64,000 nucleotides of DNA from an uncultured Eubacteriales bacterium (GCA_949001935.1 CARJLX010000001.1:323231-387230); one strand, 5' to 3'; positions 1 through 9,769 are shown, numbered from the stretch's first letter. Numbers and translations: made by a program. Notes: generated by a model not told the origin, from the sequence alone.

Positions 1-123
1 GTTAAGGATGAAAAGGCTGAGGTTGCAAAAGGTTATGAATGCGGTATTAAATTTCATGACAATATTGACTTTAAAGAAGGCGATATAATAGAATTCTTTG
101 TAAAAGAGCCTATTAAAAGATAA
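1..123 (+). CDS. infB: translation initiation factor IF-2, C-terminal end (5' part outside window)
   Basis: Frame 1 is open from base 1 to TAA at 121-123. The tail [33 protein letters not shown] looks like the IF-2 C-terminus. It is followed by rbfA and truB, as in the conserved cluster. Confidence 0.8.
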   Translation, partial: VKDEKAEVAKGYECGIKFHDNIDFKEGDIIEFFVKEPIKR

Positions 124-136
124 AAAGAGGTGATAT

Positions 137-502
137 ATGTCTACAAGAATTGATAGGGCAAATAGCGAAATTCAACGTTGTATTGCTGATATAATTCAAA
201 ATAAAATGAACGATCCTAGACTTAAAACACTTATCTATGTAAGTGAAGTTAGCGTGACACCAGATTTTAAATATTGCAAGATTAAACTTGGGATTGACCA
301 AGAAGATGAAAAGGTGCTTAATGGAATTATTAACACTTTGCAAAAATCTGAGGGGTTTATCAAACGCGAACTTGCTAATATGGTTAAAATGCCACAAGTA
401 CCTAAACTTACATTCGTTGTTGATAAAGGTACTCAAGCAAGTATTAGAATTAATGAGATCTTAAAAAATTTAAACATTCCAAAAGCTGATGATGAGGAAT
501 AG
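137..502 (+). CDS. rbfA: ribosome-binding factor A
   Basis: 121 aa. The N-terminus RIDRANSEIQRCIADIIQNKMNDPRL is typical of RbfA. SD GAGGTG lies upstream, and the gene sits between infB and truB. Confidence 0.9.
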   Translation: MSTRIDRANSEIQRCIADIIQNKMNDPRLKTLIYVSEVSVTPDFKYCKIKLGIDQEDEKVLNGIINTLQKSEGFIKRELANMVKMPQVPKLTFVVDKGTQASIRINEILKNLNIPKADDEE

Positions 503-529
503 GTAATATAATTTAAGGAGATTTTACAA

Positions 530-1522
530 ATGGATAAAAAGATCTTTAAAAAGATTAAGCAAAAACTAAATAAGGCGAATTCAATCGCCTTATTTTGCCA
601 TATTGATCCTGACTTTGATTGTTTGTGTTCTATGTATGGATTAAGACTTGGACTTGTTGAGCTTGGCAAACAAGTTCAAATGTTTACACACGAAAAATTT
701 GCATTAAATCATAAGGCAATGTTAGATGAAAAACAAGTTAAGATAGGGGAATTTAAACCTGACAATTTTGATTTAGTTATAACTGTTGATACTCCATCCT
801 TAGATAGACTTGGGATTTACTCAAAAGCTATAGAAAAGTTTGATAATATAATCAAACTTGACCACCATCAAGTTAGAGAAGAATTTGCAAAAATTGCACT
901 TGTTGACACAGAAAAATCATCATGTTGTGAAGTTGTTTATGAATTGTTAAAATTATTAAAAATAAAAATCACGCCAGAACTAGCCACTATAATTTATTGT
1001 GGACTATTTTCAGACACCAATTCATTTATGAATTCTAACACTAATTTAAACTCACTCCAAACCGCCTTGGAGTTATATAAAGCAGGTGGAGATATAAACA
1101 AAGCAAGTGATGTTAACACAAAAATGAAAACTATGGCAGAATTTAAATTAAAAAAAATATTTTATCAAAATCTAGAAATTGTAAATAAAGAAATAGCAAT
1201 CTCAACAATAACTTTAGCAGAATTCAAAAAAACTGGTGCAATAAAGCAAGATACAAGTGGTTTTAGTAGTGAACTTTTGTCTTTTGTTGGTATAAATATT
1301 TCTTGTTGTATGACGCAAATAGAAGAAAATTTGTTTAGTTGTTCTTTGCGTTCTATGACAGGGTATGATGTAAGTAAACTTGCTGGGGTTTTTAATGGAG
1401 GAGGTCATGTTTGTGCCTCTGGTTGTAAAATTAAGGCCAAAACAATCACAGAAGCAAAAAATAAGTTTATAAAAGCAGCTAAATCTTATTTAAAGCATAG
1501 AGAAGAAAACTATGATAAATAG
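530..1522 (+). CDS. DHH/DHHA1 family phosphoesterase (NrnA-like oligoribonuclease / pAp phosphatase)
   Basis: 330 aa with the DHH motif (KLDHHQ), a GGGH motif near the C-terminus (FNGGGHVCASG) and an AAGGAG SD. It is in the usual position between rbfA and truB. Confidence 0.75.
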   Translation: MDKKIFKKIKQKLNKANSIALFCHIDPDFDCLCSMYGLRLGLVELGKQVQMFTHEKFALNHKAMLDEKQVKIGEFKPDNFDLVITVDTPSLDRLGIYSKAIEKFDNIIKLDHHQVREEFAKIALVDTEKSSCCEVVYELLKLLKIKITPELATIIYCGLFSDTNSFMNSNTNLNSLQTALELYKAGGDINKASDVNTKMKTMAEFKLKKIFYQNLEIVNKEIAISTITLAEFKKTGAIKQDTSGFSSELLSFVGINISCCMTQIEENLFSCSLRSMTGYDVSKLAGVFNGGGHVCASGCKIKAKTITEAKNKFIKAAKSYLKHREENYDK

Positions 1523-2396
1523 CAACTTTAATATAGAAAATAAAATAGGAATTATTTTAGTAAATAAACCAAAAGGTTTAAGTTCTTTTTCTGTTGTAAA
1601 CATTACTAGAAAGGTCTTAGGTGCAAAAAAAGCAGGGCATTTAGGAACATTGGATGTTGCAGGTGAGGGGCTTTTACCTATCGCTTTAGGCAAAGCCACT
1701 TGTTTATTTGATTTTTACTTATCTAAAGATAAAGTTTATCGTACAATCTTTGAATTTGGCTGGACTACTGACACTCTTGATTTAGAAGGAAACGAAACAA
1801 ATAGAGATGGTAAAATTATATCAAAGGAACAAGTTTTAAAAGTTATTCCTTTACTTGAAGGAAAGTATCCACAAATGCCACCTCAATATTCAGCTAAAAA
1901 AATTAATGGACAAAAAGCCTATGATATTGCAAGAGCAGGAGGACGGGTTGAATTAAAGCCAAAAGAAATTGAAGTGTATTCAATCAACCTTTTAGGAGAA
2001 ATCAAAACAAATGTTTTTGAGTTTGAAATTCATTGTTCATCAGGGACATATATTCGTTCTATTGCTAGAGATATGGCAGAGAAATTATCAACTTATGGTG
2101 TTATGCAAAGCATACTACGCACAAAATGTGGTGATTTTGAACTAAATAATTCATATACAATAGAAGAAATAAAAAGCGGAAAATATCAAATAATAAAACC
2201 TGAAACTTTATTTGATTATCCTATAGTTAATTTTAATAATGAACAAACTGAAAGGCTTTTAAATGGTCAGTTTGTCAAAGTAGGCTTACAAGTTGGTTTA
2301 GAAGATGGTTTATTTAAAGCCTACAATAAGGATAATTTTTTAGGAATTATCCAATCAAAAGATAAAATTTTAAATTTTAAATATAGATTTATATAA
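1512..2396 (+). CDS. truB: tRNA pseudouridine(55) synthase
   Basis: 294 aa with the catalytic-Asp motif GHLGTLDVAGEGLLPIALGKAT. It overlaps the upstream gene by 11 nt. Confidence 0.92.
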   Translation: MINSNFNIENKIGIILVNKPKGLSSFSVVNITRKVLGAKKAGHLGTLDVAGEGLLPIALGKATCLFDFYLSKDKVYRTIFEFGWTTDTLDLEGNETNRDGKIISKEQVLKVIPLLEGKYPQMPPQYSAKKINGQKAYDIARAGGRVELKPKEIEVYSINLLGEIKTNVFEFEIHCSSGTYIRSIARDMAEKLSTYGVMQSILRTKCGDFELNNSYTIEEIKSGKYQIIKPETLFDYPIVNFNNEQTERLLNGQFVKVGLQVGLEDGLFKAYNKDNFLGIIQSKDKILNFKYRFI

Positions 2397-2424
2397 AATA
2401 GTGTTTAAAAACAAAGGAGATTAT

Positions 2425-3282
2425 ATGGCAGTTTTATTTGGTCCATCAGGCGGTGGAGAAGAAGCAGTTAATTCTGGTATCACAATCACAAAAATTCCAG
2501 AATTTATTAAAGAAAAAGGACTTGATGCTTTTGAATATTCTTTTGGGCATGGTTATATGATGTCTATTAAAACTGCATTACTTGCAGGCATGAAATTTAA
2601 ACAACATGATATTAAACTTAGCCTTCATGCACCTTTTTATATCAATTTTGCAAACCCAGATGATATTATGTACCAAAAATCTGCTGGATATCTTTATACT
2701 GGCATAAAATTTATGAGGGCTTTGGAAGCTGATAAACTTGTCTTTCATTCTGCTTCGTGCGGAAAACAAGATAGAAGTGAGGCGTATAAACTTACTTTCA
2801 ATCGTTTTCAAGAAACTTTTGATAAAATGGAAGAGCAAAATCTTTTAGATGGAATTTATCTTTGTCCAGAAACAATGGGGAAATCAATGCAAATTGGAAC
2901 ATACAAAGAAGTTATTGATCTTTGTACTGTAAATTCTCATCTAACTCCAACCTTTGATTTTGGACATATAAACTGCATTATGCAGGGCGGTTTGAAAACT
3001 CCTGATGATTATAAACGCATATTTGACTATGCTATTGAGAAACTTGGCTTTGAACGCACTTCAAATTGTCATATACATTTTTCTAAAATTCAATTTGGAG
3101 ACAAAGGAGAAATTCGTCACTTGAACTACACAGAAGACCAAGTTTATGGTCCTGAATTTGACCCGCTTGCAGAGGTTTTAATAGACTATAAACTTTCACC
3201 TCGTGTTATAACAGAATCAATGTCAAACATGGTTAACGACGCCATTTTACTTAAAAAAATATATAACGAAAAAATGAAATAA
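2425..3282 (+). CDS. endonuclease IV-like (AP endonuclease 2 / xylose-isomerase-like TIM barrel) protein
   Basis: Metal-ligand-like blocks lie in EndoIV order: HAPFYINFA, FHSAS, PETMGK, FDFGHIN, CHIHFSK. The start is moved to ATG 2425, behind SD AAAGGAG. The GTG at 2401 in the ORF track lacks an SD. Confidence 0.55.
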   Translation: MAVLFGPSGGGEEAVNSGITITKIPEFIKEKGLDAFEYSFGHGYMMSIKTALLAGMKFKQHDIKLSLHAPFYINFANPDDIMYQKSAGYLYTGIKFMRALEADKLVFHSASCGKQDRSEAYKLTFNRFQETFDKMEEQNLLDGIYLCPETMGKSMQIGTYKEVIDLCTVNSHLTPTFDFGHINCIMQGGLKTPDDYKRIFDYAIEKLGFERTSNCHIHFSKIQFGDKGEIRHLNYTEDQVYGPEFDPLAEVLIDYKLSPRVITESMSNMVNDAILLKKIYNEKMK

Positions 3283-3333
3283 GGTATTGAAATAAATTGT
3301 TATTTATGGTAATATTCTTTTAGAGGTAATTTT

Positions 3334-4812
3334 ATGACTAATGAAGAAAATATAAATTTAAGAAAAAGATTGTTTGAAATAATTTCTAAGTTTATGATAG
3401 GGAAACAAAAAAATACTGATGTAAAAGAACTAGCAGAAATTTTTATTTACCATGCTCCATATAAAAACAGAGTAGTGTATAAAACAAGCAAAGACGACTT
3501 AAAAATAGATTTTAAAAAGTTTATTGATGATGATGGAAGTTATGAAAACAAAGTTATCACTTTTGATAAAAAAACTTATCGCAAGAATTTCTTTGATATT
3601 TTAATAACTGTTGGACATGAATATACACATTACATTCAGGATTTAGTAAATAAAGCAGTTAAAGAACATAAAATTGCTAAAATCAGAGAAAGAGTTCAAA
3701 AGATTATTTATTCTTTAGAGTTACCAAACTCGGGGATGGGAATTTATAACTTCTTGAAAACTTATAAATATCTTAATCTTGCCCTCAAGCCAAAAGAAGT
3801 TGAGCCTATTGCTTATGCATTATATCTGCAATTGCCTGACGAAGAAAATGCAAGAAAATGTTCTTTTCAATTTGTAAAAGAAATTTTACGTTCTTTAAAA
3901 GAGGATGAGTTATGTCCTCAAAACGTTAGAGAATATTTAACTCTGCAAGAAACATTACTGAAGTGCAAATGGAAAAAAGAATTAAAAAATTATGATAAAA
4001 ATTATTATGTTTTACGCAGAGTGTATGAAAAGGCAATACAAGATACTGAACATGTGCCTTATAAAGAGATTATTGCAAAAAGTAAAGATCCTAAATTACA
4101 AGAAGAATTAATTTGTGGAAAGATGTTAAATTATAGAAAACAAGGTATGGAGAAAAAGGAATATTTTAAACATCTTTTTAATTCATGCGGATTATTTTAC
4201 TCTCCAAACGAGTATGAAGGTATAAACAATGACCTCAAAAATCTAACTATTGAATATTTGACAAATGATAAAGATGTTGATATTTCTCATATCATTTTAT
4301 TGCTTGAATATATAAAGGTAAACAATAAATATTATAAAGATAACAAATTTGATTTTGTTGAACTGAGCGACTTTCCAGAAATCTGCACTAAACTTTTAAA
4401 AAATAGAAATTCAAAAACAGTTTATGATTTTGTAGAAGGAATTTTTAATATTGCCATTTCTAAAAAAGATAAAAATAATCCTATACAAAAAACTTTAAGA
4501 AAGAATTTAACAAAAAAACAATGTGGAGATATTTATTGGGATCTTGTTCAAAATGATGACTTATGTAACGCTATCTTTGCAGAGCGAGAACGACTTGTTG
4601 CTAAACAACAAGAAGATAAAAATTTGCAAGATGAAAAGGCTTCAAATCCTATTGAGAAGGCGGAAATGTTGATAAATCAAGTAGAGGCTTTAATAGAAAA
4701 TGTTAATTTAGATTTGTTAGCAAAGTTAGACGACTATATTTCTTGTGGAAAACAGGCTCTTGCAAAAACCCAATATAAAAATAAGTGCAAAGAAAATGAA
4801 ATAGAAGGTTAA
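3334..4812 (+). CDS. hypothetical protein with a single HExxH motif (possible zinc metallopeptidase-like domain)
   Basis: 492 aa ORF. GHEYTHYIQ lies at about residue 95. The rest is helical and Lys/Glu-rich with a coiled-coil-like C-terminus. I recognise no family. Confidence 0.4.
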   Translation: MTNEENINLRKRLFEIISKFMIGKQKNTDVKELAEIFIYHAPYKNRVVYKTSKDDLKIDFKKFIDDDGSYENKVITFDKKTYRKNFFDILITVGHEYTHYIQDLVNKAVKEHKIAKIRERVQKIIYSLELPNSGMGIYNFLKTYKYLNLALKPKEVEPIAYALYLQLPDEENARKCSFQFVKEILRSLKEDELCPQNVREYLTLQETLLKCKWKKELKNYDKNYYVLRRVYEKAIQDTEHVPYKEIIAKSKDPKLQEELICGKMLNYRKQGMEKKEYFKHLFNSCGLFYSPNEYEGINNDLKNLTIEYLTNDKDVDISHIILLLEYIKVNNKYYKDNKFDFVELSDFPEICTKLLKNRNSKTVYDFVEGIFNIAISKKDKNNPIQKTLRKNLTKKQCGDIYWDLVQNDDLCNAIFAERERLVAKQQEDKNLQDEKASNPIEKAEMLINQVEALIENVNLDLLAKLDDYISCGKQALAKTQYKNKCKENEIEG

Positions 4813-4907
4813 AAAGTTTTATTAACTACAAAATTTTTGACAAAAATACTAGACAATAGGTGAGGATTGTGGTAAAATAAATAAGAATTTAGTTTAAGGA
4901 GATTATT

Positions 4908-5468
4908 ATGATTACAGCAGGCGATTTTAGAAAGGGCGTGACATTTGAAATGGATGGAGTTGTTTACTCTGTTGTTGATTTCTTACATGTTAAACCAGGA
5001 AAAGGCTCACCATTTGTTAGAGCTAAACTTAAAAATGTTATGACTGGGCAAGTTAAGGAGCAAACTTTTAACCCATCAGACAAATTCCAAGTTGCAGTTA
5101 TTGAAAAGAAAGAAATGACTTATCTTTACAACGATGGGGATATCTACTATTTCATGGATGCTGAAACTTACGAACAAATTCCACTCAACAAGGACTCTGT
5201 TGAAGATGCACTCAATTTCGTAAAAGAAAATACAAATGCAACTATGTATTTCTATAAGGGCAATCCATTCTCAGTTTATCCTCCAACTTTCGTTGAACTT
5301 GAAGTTATTGATTGTGAACCTGGAATTCAAGGAGATACTTCTAAATCTACAACAAAACCAGCTAAAGTTGAAACAGGATATGTTCTTGGCGTTCCTCTCT
5401 TTGTTAATATTGGAGATATCATCCGTATTGATACTCGTGATGGCTCATATATGGAAAGAGTAAAATAA
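4908..5468 (+). CDS. efp: elongation factor P
   Basis: 186 aa. [43 protein letters not shown] is canonical EF-P. SD AAGGAG lies upstream. Confidence 0.95.
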   Translation: MITAGDFRKGVTFEMDGVVYSVVDFLHVKPGKGSPFVRAKLKNVMTGQVKEQTFNPSDKFQVAVIEKKEMTYLYNDGDIYYFMDAETYEQIPLNKDSVEDALNFVKENTNATMYFYKGNPFSVYPPTFVELEVIDCEPGIQGDTSKSTTKPAKVETGYVLGVPLFVNIGDIIRIDTRDGSYMERVK

Positions 5469-5524
5469 CAGTAATATACTTGGTGATTAAAAACATTTAC
5501 TATTATAGAATAATATAAAACTAT

Positions 5525-5555
5525 AAAAAGTGGCATGGCTATGCCACTTTTTTTG
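5525..5555. terminator. rho-independent terminator after efp (bidirectional shape)
   Basis: Stem AGTGGCAT (5529-5536) pairs with ATGCCACT (5541-5548) around loop GGCT. An A5 run precedes it and a T7 run follows. Confidence 0.8.
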
Positions 5556-5642
5556 TTGAAAATTATTGTTGAAATTTATCATTCTTTGTCATAAAATCAT
5601 TTTGAAATTTGCCACTTCATACATTATCGCATGAGGTGAATA

Positions 5643-6554
5643 ATGCTTGAAAAAATACTGCCCGAAAATATTTATAATATTCTTGCAGAACGGATTTCAT
5701 TTAAAGCTTTAAATGAAATTCGTTTTCGTACCGAAAAACCTATTGTTGTTATTCTTGATGGACAACGATATTTTTTAGGTAGTAATGGAATAACCTCTAA
5801 TCTTAAAGAGGCTTTATCCTCAAGCAAAGTTATGATTGAGGATATCATTTTTAGAGCAAGTGAATGTTCTATCTATTCAGTCAATGAACAAATCAAAAAA
5901 GGCTTTATTGTCACACAAGGAGGAATTAGGCTTGGAATAGGTGGGGACTTCATTGAAGAGAATGGAGTTATTAAAACTATGACCAATTTTAACTCACTAA
6001 ATTTACGATTTCCTCATGAAGTTAAAAATTGCTCTCTGCCTATTTTTAATTATCTTTTTCAAAATGAAAATATTCAAAACACACTTATTCTTTCTCCACC
6101 TGGGGCGGGCAAAACGACTTTTCTAAGAGACTTTGTTTGTCAACTTTCTCAAAGAAATTATGCTTATAATGTACTTGTCCTTGACGAGAGGGGAGAACTT
6201 GATTTAGGCACACCTCAAAGCTTAGGAAATTTCAGTGACAAGATTTCATTTGCTCGTAAAAAAATTGGCTTTGAAAATGGAATCCGTGCATTGAGTCCAA
6301 ATATAATCGTAACTGACGAACTTGGAAGCAAAGATGATTTGGACGCTGTTATATATGCGGCAAATTGCGGAGTAAATATTGTAGCATCAGCTCATTGCGA
6401 TAATATGGATAACTTTATGAAAAAAGATGGATTTAAAGAGATTATCAACCTTAAAGTATTTAAACGGTTTGTTTTACTTTCTATGCGAGAAGGTCCTGGC
6501 ACTATTGAAGGAGTTTATAACGAAAACTTTTCAAGAATTATAAATCGAAATTAA
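5643..6554 (+). CDS. spoIIIAA: stage III sporulation protein AA (ATPase)
   Basis: 303 aa with Walker A SPPGAGKTT and a Walker B-like VLVLDE. It is the first gene of an eight-gene array matching spoIIIA order. SD GAGGTG lies upstream. Confidence 0.85.
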   Translation: MLEKILPENIYNILAERISFKALNEIRFRTEKPIVVILDGQRYFLGSNGITSNLKEALSSSKVMIEDIIFRASECSIYSVNEQIKKGFIVTQGGIRLGIGGDFIEENGVIKTMTNFNSLNLRFPHEVKNCSLPIFNYLFQNENIQNTLILSPPGAGKTTFLRDFVCQLSQRNYAYNVLVLDERGELDLGTPQSLGNFSDKISFARKKIGFENGIRALSPNIIVTDELGSKDDLDAVIYAANCGVNIVASAHCDNMDNFMKKDGFKEIINLKVFKRFVLLSMREGPGTIEGVYNENFSRIINRN

Positions 6555-6563
6555 GGAGGGAAC

Positions 6564-7058
6564 ATGAAATGGATTTTAATTGCAATAGTTTTTATTGCAT
6601 GTATAATTATTGGTTATGTTTTTTCACTTAAGTATAAAAGGCGTGCAAATTTTTTTAAAGCCTTAATTCTACTTTCTCAAAAACTTGATATTGGAATTAA
6701 TTTTTCTCGTGAACGGCTACAAAACTTATTTGCTGGTTTAGATGAAGGAATAAAAAAAGACCTAAACAATTTGACCGAAAATTATATTTCTTATCTTCAA
6801 GAAAACAGTGACTTAACCAGTGAAAAATTGTTTAAAGGCATCAACCTTTTGAAAGACAATGAAAAAGAGATTGTTTTGATGTTTTTCAAAATGTTAGGAC
6901 GCAGTGATGTAGAAAGTCAATCTAAAGAAATAAAGAATTTTGAAATACGCTTCAACGAATTTTCTAGCAAAGCCAATGAAGAGAATAAGAAGTATGGCGG
7001 ATTATCTTTAAAAATGGGACTTATTATTGGACTTATGTCTACTGTTATATTATGGTAA
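6564..7058 (+). CDS. spoIIIAB: stage III sporulation protein AB
   Basis: 164 aa with TM helices at the N- and C-termini. Size and position (second gene) match SpoIIIAB. Confidence 0.7.
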   Translation: MKWILIAIVFIACIIIGYVFSLKYKRRANFFKALILLSQKLDIGINFSRERLQNLFAGLDEGIKKDLNNLTENYISYLQENSDLTSEKLFKGINLLKDNEKEIVLMFFKMLGRSDVESQSKEIKNFEIRFNEFSSKANEENKKYGGLSLKMGLIIGLMSTVILW

Positions 7059-7071
7059 AAAGGAGGGGAGA

Positions 7072-7266
7072 ATGGGTGTTGAAATTATATTTAAGATTGC
7101 CGCAATCGGCATTTTAACCGCCATTGTAGGGCAGATTTTAAAACAGACTGGAAAGGAAGAAATCTCCTCTCTTGCTACACTTGCTGGTCTTATACTTGTA
7201 CTTTTGATGGTTTTAAATTTAGTTGGTGACTTATTTACAACAATTAAAACAATGTTTAATTTTTAA
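7072..7266 (+). CDS. spoIIIAC: stage III sporulation protein AC
   Basis: 64 aa, two TM helices. MGVEIIFKIAAIGILTAIVGQILKQTGKEE resembles B. subtilis SpoIIIAC. The start is moved from 7027 to ATG 7072, behind GGAGGGGAG. Confidence 0.8.
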   Translation: MGVEIIFKIAAIGILTAIVGQILKQTGKEEISSLATLAGLILVLLMVLNLVGDLFTTIKTMFNF

Positions 7267-7308
7267 CATCTATAGTATTATGCATTGCATAATATCTACA
7301 AAATATAG
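7266..7308 (+). repeat. intergenic motif family 2, long form (contains a 19-nt perfect palindrome)
   Basis: ACATCTATAGTATTATGCATTGCATAATATCTACAAAATATAG. The palindrome TATTATGCA-T-TGCATAATA is at 7276-7294. Near-identical copies lie at 39404-39440 and 47772-47810. Confidence 0.7.
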
Positions 7309-7329
7309 ATTTATTATAGAAGGGGTTAA

Positions 7330-7722
7330 ATGGATTTAATTTATAAGATAGTTGCTATTGGTATAATAACTTCAATTGCAACGCTTATCATAAAACCTAT
7401 AAGAAGCGACTTTGCATTGATGATAGCCTTAACAGGGGGTATCATTATTTTGCTTATGCTCTTAAACTATTTAACAAGTGTTTTTGATGCTTTCAAACTT
7501 ATAATTAATTCAACAGGAATTTCCTCATCGCTTTATTCTATTGTATTAAAAATTGTTGGTATAGGTTATTTGATAGAATTTTCTGCTGGAATATGTAATG
7601 ATAGTGGCAATTCCTCGCTTGCCGATAAAATATTATTAGGTGGAAAAATTGTAATAATGGTTATGGCTTTACCAATTATAACAAATATTCTTCAAATTAT
7701 TTCGGAGCTATTGCCTGCATGA
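7330..7722 (+). CDS. spoIIIAD: stage III sporulation protein AD
   Basis: 130 aa, four TM helices, fourth gene of the array. Size and hydrophobic pattern fit SpoIIIAD. Confidence 0.8.
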   Translation: MDLIYKIVAIGIITSIATLIIKPIRSDFALMIALTGGIIILLMLLNYLTSVFDAFKLIINSTGISSSLYSIVLKIVGIGYLIEFSAGICNDSGNSSLADKILLGGKIVIMVMALPIITNILQIISELLPA

Positions 7723-9032
7723 TAGGAAAACCATATTGTTTATTTTTAAAGCGAGGAAGTGTAAACAATTTTAATAAATATACTAACTTTGAAAGGCTTC
7801 AAAAATTAACCATAAAGAAAAAAGTTTTAAAAATTTTAACTATATGTCTATTCATATTTTTATTTCTTTCTCCAATTATATCAGCTTCTTTTGAAACTTA
7901 TATTATTGCTGATGAGATTACTGCAGAAGAGCGAGAAGAGGCCATGAAAGAGCTTCAAGAAAACATTTTAAATCAATTAGAAGATTTAAACTTTGAAGGA
8001 CTTGAAGAAATTTTAAAAAACTTGGATATTCAAGGTAATGAAATATTTGGTTCAGCCTCTTTTAAAGACAAAATTTTAAGTTTAATATCTGGTCAATTCA
8101 CGGAAGGAAAAGCTAGCTTTTGGGAGGCTTTGATTGCTTTGTTTTTTGATGACCTTCTAGCATTACTTCCTATTATGGCAACAGTAGTTGCTATCGCTAT
8201 TTCTGGAGGAATGTTGCAAGGGCTTAGACCGACATCAAACTCTAAGTCCATACAAGATGTTATTCATTTTGTCACATATGGAATTATAGTTGTAGTGTTG
8301 CTAGGAGTGACTGTAAAAATGGTGACAATGACTGGTGGAGTTATTACCTCTATAAAAAATCAAATGGATGCAATATTTCCAATACTCTTAACTCTTTTAA
8401 CTGCGTTAGGCGGAACGGTTAGTGTTTCTGTTTATCAACCTGCTATGGCACTATTGACAGGGACTATTTTAAATTTCTTTTCTTATATACTTTTGCCATT
8501 ATTTATTTTTTCTATAGTTTTCAGCGTTGTTTCAAATCTTTCTAACACCGTAAAATTGGACAAGTTCACTTCATTTTTCCACAGCACTTTCAAATGGTTA
8601 TCAGGGCTTATTTTTACAATTTTCTCGGCTTTTATTTCTATTCAAGGTATAACCGCTGGATCTGTTGACGGAATTTCTATCAAGACCGCTAAGTATGCTA
8701 TTCGTTCTTATGTTCCTATTTTAGGATCTTATATTAGTGATGGGTTATCTATTATAATAGCAAGTTCTTCTTTAATCAAAAATGCAGTTGGTGCGGCTGG
8801 ATTACTTTTACTTTTAGCGACTATTATTTCTCCTTTAATTAAACTTATTATTTTTATGCTTGCTCTCAAGCTTATGTCGGCTATTATCGAACCACTTGGA
8901 AACTCTAAGGTTGCAAACTTTATCTCTGGAATTTCCAAATCTATGGTTCTCCTTATCGCTATTATTATTGGTGTTGCTTTCATTTATTTCATTATGCTTG
9001 GTCTTATCATGTGCTCCGCTAATATCTTTTAA
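7719..9032 (+). CDS. spoIIIAE: stage III sporulation protein AE
   Basis: 437 aa. It has a signal/TM N-terminus, a soluble acidic segment, then a polytopic membrane domain. Fifth gene; overlaps spoIIIAD by 4 nt. The exact start is uncertain. Confidence 0.8.
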   Translation: MIGKPYCLFLKRGSVNNFNKYTNFERLQKLTIKKKVLKILTICLFIFLFLSPIISASFETYIIADEITAEEREEAMKELQENILNQLEDLNFEGLEEILKNLDIQGNEIFGSASFKDKILSLISGQFTEGKASFWEALIALFFDDLLALLPIMATVVAIAISGGMLQGLRPTSNSKSIQDVIHFVTYGIIVVVLLGVTVKMVTMTGGVITSIKNQMDAIFPILLTLLTALGGTVSVSVYQPAMALLTGTILNFFSYILLPLFIFSIVFSVVSNLSNTVKLDKFTSFFHSTFKWLSGLIFTIFSAFISIQGITAGSVDGISIKTAKYAIRSYVPILGSYISDGLSIIIASSSLIKNAVGAAGLLLLLATIISPLIKLIIFMLALKLMSAIIEPLGNSKVANFISGISKSMVLLIAIIIGVAFIYFIMLGLIMCSANIF

Positions 9033-9040
9033 ACATGTAT

Positions 9041-9070
9041 TTTCTTTTCTCTAGAGAAAAGAAACAAAGG
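9041..9070 (-). repeat. Py/Pu hairpin element (family 1), reverse orientation
   Basis: A 24-nt perfect palindrome TTTCTTTTCTCTAGAGAAAAGAAA lies at 9041-9064. With its flank it is the reverse complement of the copy at 18748-18780. Confidence 0.85.
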
Positions 9071-9206
9071 AGCCTCTTAATAATTTTTTATTGCTATCGC
9101 AATATAAAAAATTAAATGCTCTTTAACTTTTGTTTAGATAAATAAAATTAAAAAAGTTTTTATCAACTGAAGGCATAATTTTATGATGACAAGGTTGATA
9201 AAATAA

Positions 9207-9243
9207 GTTTCTTATGCTTACTTTTCTTTAAAAGAAAAGTAAG
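9207..9243 (+). repeat. Py/Pu hairpin element (family 1)
   Basis: Flank GTTTCTTATG is followed by CTTACTTTTCTTT-A-AAAGAAAAGTAAG (13-bp arms, 9217-9243). It ends 25 nt before the spoIIIAF ATG. Confidence 0.85.
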
Positions 9244-9268
9244 ACATAAAAAGAAGAAAGGAGGGAAT

Positions 9269-9769
9269 ATGTTTGCATCTTTGTCGGCATGGATAATGTC
9301 TATTGCAGGGATAATATGCCTGTCAGTACTTATAGAATTAGTTCTTCCAAACGGTCAAATGAGTAAATATATCAAAGGTATATTTTCTTTTATAATCATA
9401 CTTGTTATTATTTCTCCTATTCCCAAATTACTTCATAAAGATTTTGACTTTTCCAATATGTTTGGTTCAAGCGAAATAAAAGTGCAGGAGGATTATCTTT
9501 ATCAATTAAACTTAAATAAAGTTTCAGCTATGCAAAAAAGCATAAATGAACAAATTGAAGAATGCGGTTATCAAAATGTAACTGCAAGAATTGATAGTGA
9601 TATATTTGCTTCAACAATAGAAATTAAGGCGGTTTATGTCGATATTAGTCTTTTAATCATAAGTGAAAATGCTGTGCATAAAGATATTATAGAAGCAAAG
9701 AAGGACATGCTTAAAATCGTCACAACAGTTGTTCAAATTCAAAATGAAAGGGTGGTGTTTAATGAATAA
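9269..9769 (+). CDS. spoIIIAF: stage III sporulation protein AF
   Basis: 166 aa with two N-terminal TM helices and a soluble C-domain. Sixth gene of the array. SD AAAGGAGGG lies upstream. Confidence 0.65.
   Translation: MFASLSAWIMSIAGIICLSVLIELVLPNGQMSKYIKGIFSFIIILVIISPIPKLLHKDFDFSNMFGSSEIKVQEDYLYQLNLNKVSAMQKSINEQIEECGYQNVTARIDSDIFASTIEIKAVYVDISLLIISENAVHKDIIEAKKDMLKIVTTVVQIQNERVVFNE

Noticed and set aside
5607-5635. SigmaE-like promoter TCATTTT-14 nt-CATACATT directly upstream of spoIIIAA.
   Set aside because: The -10 box overlaps the strong SD GAGGTG (5633-5638), so transcription from it would start at or after the SD. The match is probably fortuitous. The real sporulation promoter is likely further upstream, and I could not identify it confidently.
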